A DNA stretch of 32,000 bases from an uncultured archaeon (GTDB lineage: Archaea > Iainarchaeota > Iainarchaeia > Iainarchaeales > 0-14-0-20-30-16), in contig CAZMGA010000003.1 of NCBI GenBank assembly GCA_964565725.1, positions 8,300 through 40,299 on the forward strand, given 5' to 3'. The position numbers were made by a program, and so were the translations under genes. This document shows positions 8,488 through 16,651 of this stretch, piece after piece. Positions within the stretch are counted from its first letter, which is position 1. Every line of letters starts with the position of its first letter. The notes under the pieces are model-generated. The model had not been told where the DNA came from. It saw nothing but the letters and a program-made list of their open reading frames with translations, and did no database searches.

Positions 8488-9145
8488 CACAAATTATTGC
8501 CTGTAATTTTTCATAATATTTACAATTTTTAAATCCAACTTGTTTTAATCGTTTTATAATTTCTAAATCAAATCTTCTATTTTTATTTTTGCCAATTGTG
8601 CCTATATAATGAAATAATTTGCCATTATTATTTAAAGTTCTATAAAATTCTTTATATAAATTTAAAGAATATAATTCTCCAGCTATACTAAATGTTGGGG
8701 GATCATGCATTATTATATTTATTTCTTTATCTTTAAATTTTAATATTTGATTTAAACAACTATCTTTTATTATATTAATTTTTTTATTATTAAAAAAATC
8801 ATTACTATAAGGATTTAATTTACCCAATTCTAATATTTCCTTTCTTAATTCTGTAGAAATTACTTTTTTTGCAAATTTGGCTTCCTCTATTGCCAAATAT
8901 CCTAAACCTGAACAAGTGTCATAAACTAAGTCTTGACTATTTATTTTAATTGTATTTAAAACTAATTTAGCATAATCTAAAGGAGTATCAAAGTCTTTTA
9001 TTAAGTGCATTCTTATACCATTTATTTCTAATATGGGTATTCCATTGTAAGGTTTTAATGTATAATAATTATCTGTAAACATTCCTAGTTTTTCTAATTT
9101 GTCTTTTTTTTTAATATAATATTTATTATCTTTTTCAATAAGCAT
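8477..9145 (-). CDS. SAM-dependent methyltransferase with DPPT motif IV (archaeal COG2521-like RNA/N-methylase)
   Basis: Motif I VYDTCSGLGYLAIE and motif IV IIMHDPPTFS, the (D/N)PP(Y/F)-type motif seen in amino-methyltransferases. 222 aa. Confidence 0.65.
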   Translation of the reverse strand: MLIEKDNKYYIKKKDKLEKLGMFTDNYYTLKPYNGIPILEINGIRMHLIKDFDTPLDYAKLVLNTIKINSQDLVYDTCSGLGYLAIEEAKFAKKVISTELRKEILELGKLNPYSNDFFNNKKINIIKDSCLNQILKFKDKEINIIMHDPPTFSIAGELYSLNLYKEFYRTLNNNGKLFHYIGTIGKNKNRRFDLEIIKRLKQVGFKNCKYYEKLQAIICEKI

Positions 9146-9192
9146 AAATATAAATAGAACTATTGTTTATTTAATATTATTTGAGTGAGATT

Positions 9193-9825
9193 ATGGTCAA
9201 TAAGTTAATTGTTTGGGATGAATTAAAGTCTGAAAAATATTTGGAAAAACACTTAAATGTGGTAAAATCTTATGTTTATTCTGTGGATGAATTTAATAAA
9301 TTAAATAAACTAAATCTTAACTATCCTTTATTTATAAAAATTATTTCGGATAATGCAATACACAAAGTAAAAGCAAAAGCTATAAATGAAATATTAAACG
9401 AACAAAAATTTTTAAAGGAAAAAATAAATATTGTAAAAAGAGCAAAAGAGTTAAATGCAAAAAAAATAATTATTCAAGAAAAAATATACGGTAATGAATT
9501 AATTATTGGTGTAAAAGAAGATTTAAAATTTGGTAAAATTTTGATGATAGGTATAGGTGGAAAACATGCAGAACAAATAAAAGATGTATCTATAAGAGCA
9601 TTACCTATTAAAAAACAAGATTTAACATTAATGATTTCTAATTTAAAAAGTAAAGTAATAACTTTAGATATAGATATTGATAACTTATGGTTATTTATAT
9701 CAAAATTATTAAAATTTTTGAAAACAAAAGAAGGTAAAAATATAAAATTTATGGATTTAAATCCAGTTATTTTAGATTATAATTCTAAAAAGCCAATAAT
9801 TGTTGATGCTAGAATATATGTCTAA
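9193..9825 (+). CDS. ATP-grasp domain protein resembling the beta subunit of ADP-forming acyl-CoA synthetase
   Basis: LFIKIISDNAIHKVKAKAI, IIIQEKIYGNELIIGVKEDLKFGKILMIGIGGKHAEQIKDVSIRALP and FMDLNPVIL...IVDARI match the ATP-grasp_5 pattern of ACD beta. ATG 9193 is preceded by GTGAG-N3, so it is preferred over TTG 9181. Confidence 0.5.
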   Translation: MVNKLIVWDELKSEKYLEKHLNVVKSYVYSVDEFNKLNKLNLNYPLFIKIISDNAIHKVKAKAINEILNEQKFLKEKINIVKRAKELNAKKIIIQEKIYGNELIIGVKEDLKFGKILMIGIGGKHAEQIKDVSIRALPIKKQDLTLMISNLKSKVITLDIDIDNLWLFISKLLKFLKTKEGKNIKFMDLNPVILDYNSKKPIIVDARIYV

Positions 9826-10721
9826 TAATCGATATTAGGAAAAACTCGCACTATATTTTCCTTATCTATGTATATTGTTTTTTCATGTTGTGAAATTAAA
9901 GCTTTAGGATCTCTTTCAATTAATACTGGATAATCTGTTAATATTTTTGCATTTAATAAATTTTGAATTGCCATTCTTTTTTTTAAAGGCAAAACGTTTT
10001 TTCCAAACCACCTTTCTGAAAAAGGTAAACCATTAAAATTTTTGATTTCTGGAATTATACTTACATCTCTATGATTGCCTTCATTATAATTATAAATACT
10101 ACAAAAATTGCCTTCTTTTATTAATCCTGTACCGTTTGTTGCAAAAGGCTCTATTGCAAATATTCCTGTACCTATTTTATTTTTATTATCTGTTTTATAA
10201 TTATAAAATGATTTTCCTGAATGTAAATCATATTGGTTCATACTGTGCCCTGTTAAATTATATATTGGTTTAAAACCAAATTTTTTAATTTCGTTTTCTA
10301 TTATTTCACCTAAAATATCAAATTTAGAATTTTCTTTTTCTTCTTTTATATATTTTATTGCAGATTCTAAGGCTATTTTAGATGCGTTTTTCAATTCCAA
10401 ATTTTTATTACTTAAATCAATAGTGTACGCGGCATCTACTATATACCCATTGCTATGACATCCAAAATCAATTTTTACAATTTCATCGTTATATATTCTT
10501 GTATCATTACTAGTAGGAGAGTAATGTGCTGCTTCGTTGTTAAAAGAAATATTTACTGGAAATGCAACTTCACATTTTTTTTTAATTTCTTCTTCTATTT
10601 TATTAGCTGTATCTAAAATTAGATTTCCTTTTTTAATAGTTTCATCTGCAATTTTTTTTCCAGACAACCATGCTTTTTCTGCTTTTTCTAAATATTGTAA
10701 TATTTCATCCATATTTATCAT
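9822..10721 (-). CDS. map: Methionine aminopeptidase, type 2 (archaeal/eukaryotic type)
   Basis: AFPVNISFNNEAAHYSP, VKIDFGCHSNGYIVDAAYT, GHSMNQYDLHSGKS, FAIEPFATNG and SQHEKTI correspond to the metal-ligand and pita-bread motifs of MetAP2. Confidence 0.9.
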   Translation of the reverse strand: MINMDEILQYLEKAEKAWLSGKKIADETIKKGNLILDTANKIEEEIKKKCEVAFPVNISFNNEAAHYSPTSNDTRIYNDEIVKIDFGCHSNGYIVDAAYTIDLSNKNLELKNASKIALESAIKYIKEEKENSKFDILGEIIENEIKKFGFKPIYNLTGHSMNQYDLHSGKSFYNYKTDNKNKIGTGIFAIEPFATNGTGLIKEGNFCSIYNYNEGNHRDVSIIPEIKNFNGLPFSERWFGKNVLPLKKRMAIQNLLNAKILTDYPVLIERDPKALISQHEKTIYIDKENIVRVFPNIDY

Positions 10722-10724
10722 TTA

Positions 10725-13118
10725 TTAAAATAATTTTTTTTGTGTAGGTTTATTCATTAATTGGTCTTCAGATATATTAAATACAATGAATATATTTTTA
10801 ACTGCTGGTATTATTTGGTTTTGAATATAATATTCTGAATCATAGTCTCCTTGTTTAACATATTCTACTAATTCAGATTTATCAGATATGGTTTTTCCAT
10901 TATTTGTTATAATATATCCTACAATAAATTCATTTATTTCTTTGCCTTTTGCAATAGCTTTTTTAACTGCTGAAACTGCTGGGCCAATAGAACTATATGT
11001 ATCTAAATCTTTTCTTATTTGGGTATAAATTATAAATTGATCATTTGAAATTTTATGTTCAAAAGTATCTTTAATTATTTTTTGAACATATTTTTTTGCA
11101 TCTTCAATTGCATTATCCTTTAATATTAATTCTAATACTTTTTTTTGTGTGTTTTTTGCAAGTAAAGACCAATCATGTCTTACATATTCAAAACCCACAA
11201 TTTTCATATTGTTATTTTCATCAATTAGGGCATATTTTTTTTTAGCTGGGTCGTCAGAAGATTTTTTTTGAATAAATAAACCTTGTGAATAAAATCCATC
11301 TAAAGATAATTCCATTATTCCTGGTAATTGAGTATTAATATGTTCTAAAAAATCAAAAATTTCTTTTTTATCTTTAGTATACTGTAAAAAACAAGAATCT
11401 GTATCCCCGTAAATTACTTTTAAACCTTTTTTTTCAGCTTCTTTAATTACTTCCAAAGTATGTACTCTGCTTGTTGATGCTACGCTTTGACCACAATCAA
11501 AATTGTACCATCTAGCTCTAGGATAACCCATATATCCATAAGTACTGTTTAATATTGTTTTAAAAGACCATTGATGAGCAAATAATGTTTTGTATTCTAA
11601 AGAATCTTTAGGATAATTTTTCATATCGTGTTTTGCTTTTATTCTTTGATTAAAAACTTGATTTAACATTTTTGGCAATGTAGCCTCAATATCTTTTGAA
11701 AATATATTTTTATTGTCATCAATAAATATATTTTTTGTTTTTTCATTAATTGTTTCTGGACTAATATTATATGTTATTATAACACTAGGATATAATGATT
11801 GAAAATCTAAAACAGCTATATTTTTATGTAATCCTAAAATTGGTTCTTTAACATATGCTCCTAAAAATCTTTTTTCATTTCTAACATCTATAATATTTCC
11901 TGATGGCATTGAAGGAATTATTTTTTTTTCTTGAATTGCTTTATGCATAAGTAATGATTCAACTATAGCACTGGAACTTGTTCGGGTTATTTCTTGTAAA
12001 GGTTTTCCAGTTAGTTGGGTTAATGCTATAAATTGATCTAAAAAATTCTCTCCTATTTCATAACATGCTATAGAATCTACTAAATTATATTCTACAAATT
12101 TTTCATATAATTTAATATTTTTATAATATTTTTCCATTTCATTATAAGGTAAATCTATTTTGTGTTTTCCAAATAAGTAATTGTATACCGAATCTAAATT
12201 TAATTTAAATAAATCTAAGGATCCTTTCATAGATAAGCTTTTAACAACTTTATATACATCAATATGTTGATAATTTTTTAAATTAAATTCTAAATTGTTG
12301 CCTCTAGATATAACCGGATTAAAAGTATTATTAAATTCAGATTCTAAATCATTTTTCTTACATCTTTCTTTAATAAATGGAAAATCATAAACATCTCCAT
12401 TATAACTATAAATTAAATCAGGATCAAATTTTTTTATTGTTTGTAAAAATTCTAATAATAACTCTTTTTCACTTTGAACTTGCGTATAATATTCTAAATC
12501 ACTTTTTAATGAGTTATAACCTATAACCTTTTTTAGTTCTGGATTTTTGCTGTAAAGTGAAATTAAAACTATTGCTTCTTTTTTTGGGTCTATACTTTTG
12601 CCTAAAGTTTCAATATCAAAAGCTATTTTTTTTAAATCTAGTCCAAAACTATTTAATTCTTGAAATTGAAAATCTTCAGAAATATTATAATATTTTAAAC
12701 AATATATATTTTTATCAATAATATAACGAAAGTCAAAAGGAATATCATATTCAAATTTACCAATATAAAATAATTCTTCTTTTATTCTATTTCTCGCATC
12801 TAACAAATGAGATATTTTTTCAAAATATATTTTGTATATTTTAATTTTTTTTAATTCTTCAATGTTTAATGCTTTTTCCTTAAAATGTGCAAATTTGCTT
12901 ATTTGTAATAAATCTTTATTTACTTTTTCTAAATTAATTATTTTATAATTTTCTAAATCATTTATTTTTAAATCTATATTTGACAATAAGTAAAAATAAG
13001 GTTTAAAAGAGTGATCTTCTAAAACTTTTTTACCATCTTTAGTTTTAACACATAATTTAATATAAGATTCTTCTTCATTGTTTACACTATAAACATATAA
13101 CAATAATCCTTTTATCAT
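10725..13118 (-). CDS. polB: Family-B DNA polymerase
   Basis: Exo I FDIETL, Exo II YNGDVYDFPFI, motif A DFQSLYPSVIITYN, motif B KTILNSTYGYMG, motif C YGDTDS. The maximal ORF reaches TTG 13157. ATG 13118 is preceded by GTGAG-N3, with the upstream TGA stop inside that motif, so it is preferred. Confidence 0.9.
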   Translation of the reverse strand: MIKGLLLYVYSVNNEEESYIKLCVKTKDGKKVLEDHSFKPYFYLLSNIDLKINDLENYKIINLEKVNKDLLQISKFAHFKEKALNIEELKKIKIYKIYFEKISHLLDARNRIKEELFYIGKFEYDIPFDFRYIIDKNIYCLKYYNISEDFQFQELNSFGLDLKKIAFDIETLGKSIDPKKEAIVLISLYSKNPELKKVIGYNSLKSDLEYYTQVQSEKELLLEFLQTIKKFDPDLIYSYNGDVYDFPFIKERCKKNDLESEFNNTFNPVISRGNNLEFNLKNYQHIDVYKVVKSLSMKGSLDLFKLNLDSVYNYLFGKHKIDLPYNEMEKYYKNIKLYEKFVEYNLVDSIACYEIGENFLDQFIALTQLTGKPLQEITRTSSSAIVESLLMHKAIQEKKIIPSMPSGNIIDVRNEKRFLGAYVKEPILGLHKNIAVLDFQSLYPSVIITYNISPETINEKTKNIFIDDNKNIFSKDIEATLPKMLNQVFNQRIKAKHDMKNYPKDSLEYKTLFAHQWSFKTILNSTYGYMGYPRARWYNFDCGQSVASTSRVHTLEVIKEAEKKGLKVIYGDTDSCFLQYTKDKKEIFDFLEHINTQLPGIMELSLDGFYSQGLFIQKKSSDDPAKKKYALIDENNNMKIVGFEYVRHDWSLLAKNTQKKVLELILKDNAIEDAKKYVQKIIKDTFEHKISNDQFIIYTQIRKDLDTYSSIGPAVSAVKKAIAKGKEINEFIVGYIITNNGKTISDKSELVEYVKQGDYDSEYYIQNQIIPAVKNIFIVFNISEDQLMNKPTQKKLF

Positions 13119-13122
13119 ATTC

Positions 13123-13593
13123 TCACTTATTATCATAATTCCAAATATTGTCCCCAATATAGTGTAAAGTTTTTATTGTTTTCCCCTTTTTTAAGGATTT
13201 CATAGTGTTTGAATCAAACAAAGTTATCCCTAAAGCTAAATTTTTTTTATGGGTTTCATCTTTAATTAAAATTAATTCATTTTCTTTAAAATCAGAAATA
13301 TATTTAATTCCTGGAGCCATAATATCTGCTCCTTTTGTAACAAAAGATATTGCTCCAGTATCTATTAATATGTATGGTAAATTCAAATTTGTATTTATTA
13401 TTAGTTTAAGATTAGGTACAAAAAAATCATTATATAAACAACCAATTATTTCTTTATTTAGTCTAATTAAATCGAGACTTTTTTCATTTTCAATAATTTC
13501 TAAGTTTTTACTTAAGTCTAGATTTAAATTATATTTTGAAATTTTATCTATAATTTCCTTGCTTTCTTTTTTATTTAATTGTTTAATTTTCAT
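13123..13593 (-). CDS. PUA-domain RNA-binding protein (MCT-1/Tma20-like)
   Basis: C-terminal FVTKGADIMAPGIKYISDFKENELILIKDETHKKNLALGITLFDSNTMKSLKKGKTIKTLHYIGDNIW is a classic PUA-domain pattern. Confidence 0.7.
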   Translation of the reverse strand: MKIKQLNKKESKEIIDKISKYNLNLDLSKNLEIIENEKSLDLIRLNKEIIGCLYNDFFVPNLKLIINTNLNLPYILIDTGAISFVTKGADIMAPGIKYISDFKENELILIKDETHKKNLALGITLFDSNTMKSLKKGKTIKTLHYIGDNIWNYDNK

Positions 13594-13700
13594 AATAAAA
13601 TATAGTCTAAAAGTATATAAATGGACTATATCTTAAGTTTATATTTAAAAGGAGATACTATTATATAATATATATTATAAAATATATATATAGGGATGAT

Positions 13701-14168
13701 ATGGTAACTAAAAAGAAAGTAAATGATGTTGAAAAAAATATTGAAAAAGTAGAAGATTTGTCTTTAGATTATGATTTTTTATTAAATAGAGCTAAAGAAC
13801 AATTAGATAAAATTAATGTTGTTCAAGAAAGATTTACAATACCTGAAATTGATAGCCAAATACAAGGTAAAAAAACATTATTAAGAAATGCTGGTTTAAT
13901 TTCTAAAGAAATAAAAAGAGATATCCAACATATTTTAAAATATTTTGTTAAAGAAACTGGTTTACCAGCTACAACAGATAATTCAAAAATAATTTTAAAT
14001 GGTGTTGTTAATACTTTTAAGGTTTCTCAAATATACAAAAAATATATTTCTGAATTTTTAATATGTAAACAATGTGGTAAACCAGAAACAAGAATAATTT
14101 CTGAAAAAGGAATTGTTGTAATGAAATGTGATGCGTGTGGAGCTATAACTCCAATAAGAAAAATTTGA
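13701..14168 (+). CDS. eif2b: Translation initiation factor aIF2 beta subunit
   Basis: eIF2-beta/eIF5 core ([32 protein letters not shown]) and C-terminal zinc ribbon CKQCGKPET...KCDACGA. Confidence 0.9.
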   Translation: MVTKKKVNDVEKNIEKVEDLSLDYDFLLNRAKEQLDKINVVQERFTIPEIDSQIQGKKTLLRNAGLISKEIKRDIQHILKYFVKETGLPATTDNSKIILNGVVNTFKVSQIYKKYISEFLICKQCGKPETRIISEKGIVVMKCDACGAITPIRKI

Positions 14169-14169
14169 G

Positions 14170-14487
14170 GTGGTATATATTTATAAAAGAACTGATTCAC
14201 AAGAATTCAAGTTAAGATTGCCTAATAGAGCAGAAGGAGAAGAATTTGCATTAGTAACTATATTAACTGGTGCAGAATACATAAAAGTTTTATGTGAAGA
14301 TGGAACTGAAAAAGCAGCAAGAATTACAGGAAAGTTGAGATATAAAGTTTTTATTAAAGAAAACGATATAATAATAGTTAGAAAAAGAGAATATGATGAA
14401 GGCAAAGTAGATGTTATTTGGAGATATTTACCTTTACAAGTTGCAAAATTAAAAAATATGGGTCAATTAGATAAATTTCCTATTTAG
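14170..14487 (+). CDS. eif1a: Translation initiation factor aIF1A
   Basis: S1-like OB fold pattern RLPNRAEGEEFALVTILTGAEYIKVLCEDGTEKAARITGKLRYKVFIKENDIIIVRKREYDEGKVDVIWRY. No in-frame ATG near the 5' end. Start is GTG 14170 or possibly ATT 14179, downstream of a strong GAGGTGG motif. Confidence 0.85.
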   Translation: MVYIYKRTDSQEFKLRLPNRAEGEEFALVTILTGAEYIKVLCEDGTEKAARITGKLRYKVFIKENDIIIVRKREYDEGKVDVIWRYLPLQVAKLKNMGQLDKFPI

Positions 14488-14491
14488 TGAT
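14487..14491 (+). promoter_or_regulatory. GTGAT-N3-ATG ribosome-binding motif before argS
   Basis: taGTGATattATG, directly after the aIF1A TAG stop. Confidence 0.5.
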
Positions 14492-14494
14492 ATT

Positions 14495-16255
14495 ATGAAA
14501 AGATTTATTTCTAATTTAATTTTTTTGGCATTAGATTCAAAAATAGATAAATCTTTAATTGATAAAACTACTATGGAATCTAGATTAAAAGAATTTGATT
14601 TTGCATCATCTATTTTAATAGTAAATAAAAATATAGACAAAGATAAATTTATTACTAATTTAAAAGAATACGATTTATTTGAAAAAGTAGAAATTATAAA
14701 CAATTTTGTAAACATTTCTTTAAATAAAATTTATTTTTTAAATAATTCTTTTGAAGTTGTTAAAGAAGATAAAAAAATAATGATTGAGTTTTCATCCCCC
14801 AATTCTAATAAACCTTTACATTTAGGACATATAAGAAATACTCTGTTGGGTAATTCTTTATCTAATTTATTGGCAAAAAAATATAATATAATAAAAGCAA
14901 ATTTAGTTAATGATAGAGGAATACATATTTGTAAATCTATGATTGGTTATTTAAAATTATCACAATTTAAAACTCCTGAAGAAGCAAAAATGAAATCTGA
15001 TTTCTTTGTAGGATATTGTTATGTTTTGTTTGCTCAAAAAGAAAAAGATGATCCTTCTTTAATTAAAGATGCTGAGGATATGTTAAAAAAATGGGAATCA
15101 GGGGATAAAGAAATTTTAAATTTATGGCATAAATTAAGAAATTGGTCTTTAGAAGGAATGAAAGAAACATATTCTAAATTAGGGGTTAATTTTGATGTTT
15201 GGTTTTATGAATCTGATATTTATAATAAAGGTAAAGAAATTATTTTAGATGCTTATAAAAATGGAAAAGTTAAATTAGAAGATTTGGGTTATGTTGTAAG
15301 GTTTGGAGATAAAGCTGAGGGTTATAAAGTAGTATTACGAAAAGATGAAACATCTATTTATATTACCCAAGATATTTATTTGGCTAAATTAAAGTTTGAT
15401 GAATATAATTTAGATAAAAGTATATATGTAGTAGGTTCAGAACAAAAAGATTATTTTAGTAAATTAAAAAAAGTTTTAATAGAATTAGGTTATGAAAGAT
15501 ATTCTAATGATTTGGAACATTATTGTTATGGTATGATTTATTTACCAGATGGTAAAATGAAAAGTCGTGAAGGTAATGTAGTTGATGCTGATAATTTAAT
15601 TGACGATTTAAGAACAAAAGCAAAAACTATTTTATTAGAAAAAAATAAAGATTCTAATTTAAGCATAGAGGATGAAAGTAAAATTATTGCCGATGCTGCA
15701 TTAAAATATTTTATTTTAAAGTATGATTCAAAAAAAGACTTTACTTTTGATGTTCATTCTTCATTATCTTTTGAAGGTAATTCTGGGCCTTATTTATTAT
15801 ATACATATGCGAGAATTAATTCTTTATTAAATAATATAAAGTCCTATTTAGAATCTGCAAAACAAAGAGATCCTAATTTATTTGATAAAAAAAATAATAT
15901 TAAAAGTGATGATTTATTTGTATTAAATGAATTTGAAGAGTTTGTAATTAATCCTAATTCTGTTATTAAATATATTCCATCTGATTTGGAAAAGGAATTA
16001 TCTGCAATAATGATTAAATATAATGATAAGTTAGATGAAGCTATTGAAAAAAAAGAAGTTCATTTAATTTTAACATATATTACTGATTTAGCAAATAATT
16101 TTAATAGCTTATATGCTAATTTAAAAATTATAGATGAATCTAACAATAATTTATTAAATGATTTAGAAGTAAGATATCCTTTTTATAATAAATTAAAATT
16201 AATTTTTGAAGACATTTTTAATATATTAGGTATAACTAAATTAGATAAAATGTAA
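14495..16255 (+). CDS. argS: Arginyl-tRNA synthetase
   Basis: Class I HIGH region SSPNSNKPLHLGHIRN, KMSK-equivalent GKMKSREG, N-terminal additional domain and C-terminal DALR-like anticodon-binding helix region. 586 aa. Confidence 0.9.
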   Translation: MKRFISNLIFLALDSKIDKSLIDKTTMESRLKEFDFASSILIVNKNIDKDKFITNLKEYDLFEKVEIINNFVNISLNKIYFLNNSFEVVKEDKKIMIEFSSPNSNKPLHLGHIRNTLLGNSLSNLLAKKYNIIKANLVNDRGIHICKSMIGYLKLSQFKTPEEAKMKSDFFVGYCYVLFAQKEKDDPSLIKDAEDMLKKWESGDKEILNLWHKLRNWSLEGMKETYSKLGVNFDVWFYESDIYNKGKEIILDAYKNGKVKLEDLGYVVRFGDKAEGYKVVLRKDETSIYITQDIYLAKLKFDEYNLDKSIYVVGSEQKDYFSKLKKVLIELGYERYSNDLEHYCYGMIYLPDGKMKSREGNVVDADNLIDDLRTKAKTILLEKNKDSNLSIEDESKIIADAALKYFILKYDSKKDFTFDVHSSLSFEGNSGPYLLYTYARINSLLNNIKSYLESAKQRDPNLFDKKNNIKSDDLFVLNEFEEFVINPNSVIKYIPSDLEKELSAIMIKYNDKLDEAIEKKEVHLILTYITDLANNFNSLYANLKIIDESNNNLLNDLEVRYPFYNKLKLIFEDIFNILGITKLDKM

Positions 16256-16609
16256 TCATAATTTAATAAATAAATTTAATATACTTAATAACAATAAAAT
16301 TATACTCAAAACAATTCCAAATTTGGATATTTTATTATTTGCTTTTTTTATTTGCAATACACTTAAAATTATACTTAATATTCCAAAACTTATGATCAAA
16401 TATTTGTTAAAAGTAATTTGAGTTATTTTACTTAATATGTCCATTATAATATAAGCTATAAAAACTAAAGGAATTATAACTCCTATTATGCCAAAATTGT
16501 TAGTTATTGGTTTCTCATTTCTATAGGAATATATTTTTTCATAATTAGGTAATTCAGGTGTTTTTAATCTATCTTCTATTTCTTTTATTGGATTTTTATC
16601 ATTAAACAT
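16256..16609 (-). CDS. Small membrane protein (2-3 TM), unknown function
   Basis: Hydrophobic segments IIGVIIPLVFIAYIIMDIL, LIISFGILSIILSVL and FGIVLSIILLLLSIL. ATG 16609 is preceded by GTGAT-N3 (plus-strand atcac at 16613-16617). The stop abuts the argS stop with zero spacer. Confidence 0.45.
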   Translation of the reverse strand: MFNDKNPIKEIEDRLKTPELPNYEKIYSYRNEKPITNNFGIIGVIIPLVFIAYIIMDILSKITQITFNKYLIISFGILSIILSVLQIKKANNKISKFGIVLSIILLLLSILNLFIKL

Positions 16610-16651
16610 CAAATCACAAATATACTATTATATAAAAGTTTATATATCTTT

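Noticed and set aside
13591-13607. The 17-nt string cataataaaatatagt is identical at 13591-13607 and 27344-27360, in both cases spanning a minus-strand ATG and its upstream 14 nt.
   Set aside because: Given the strongly biased base composition, a handful of 17-nt identities are expected by chance in 32 kb (rough estimate). With only two copies I cannot separate signal from chance. A genome-wide count would be worthwhile.
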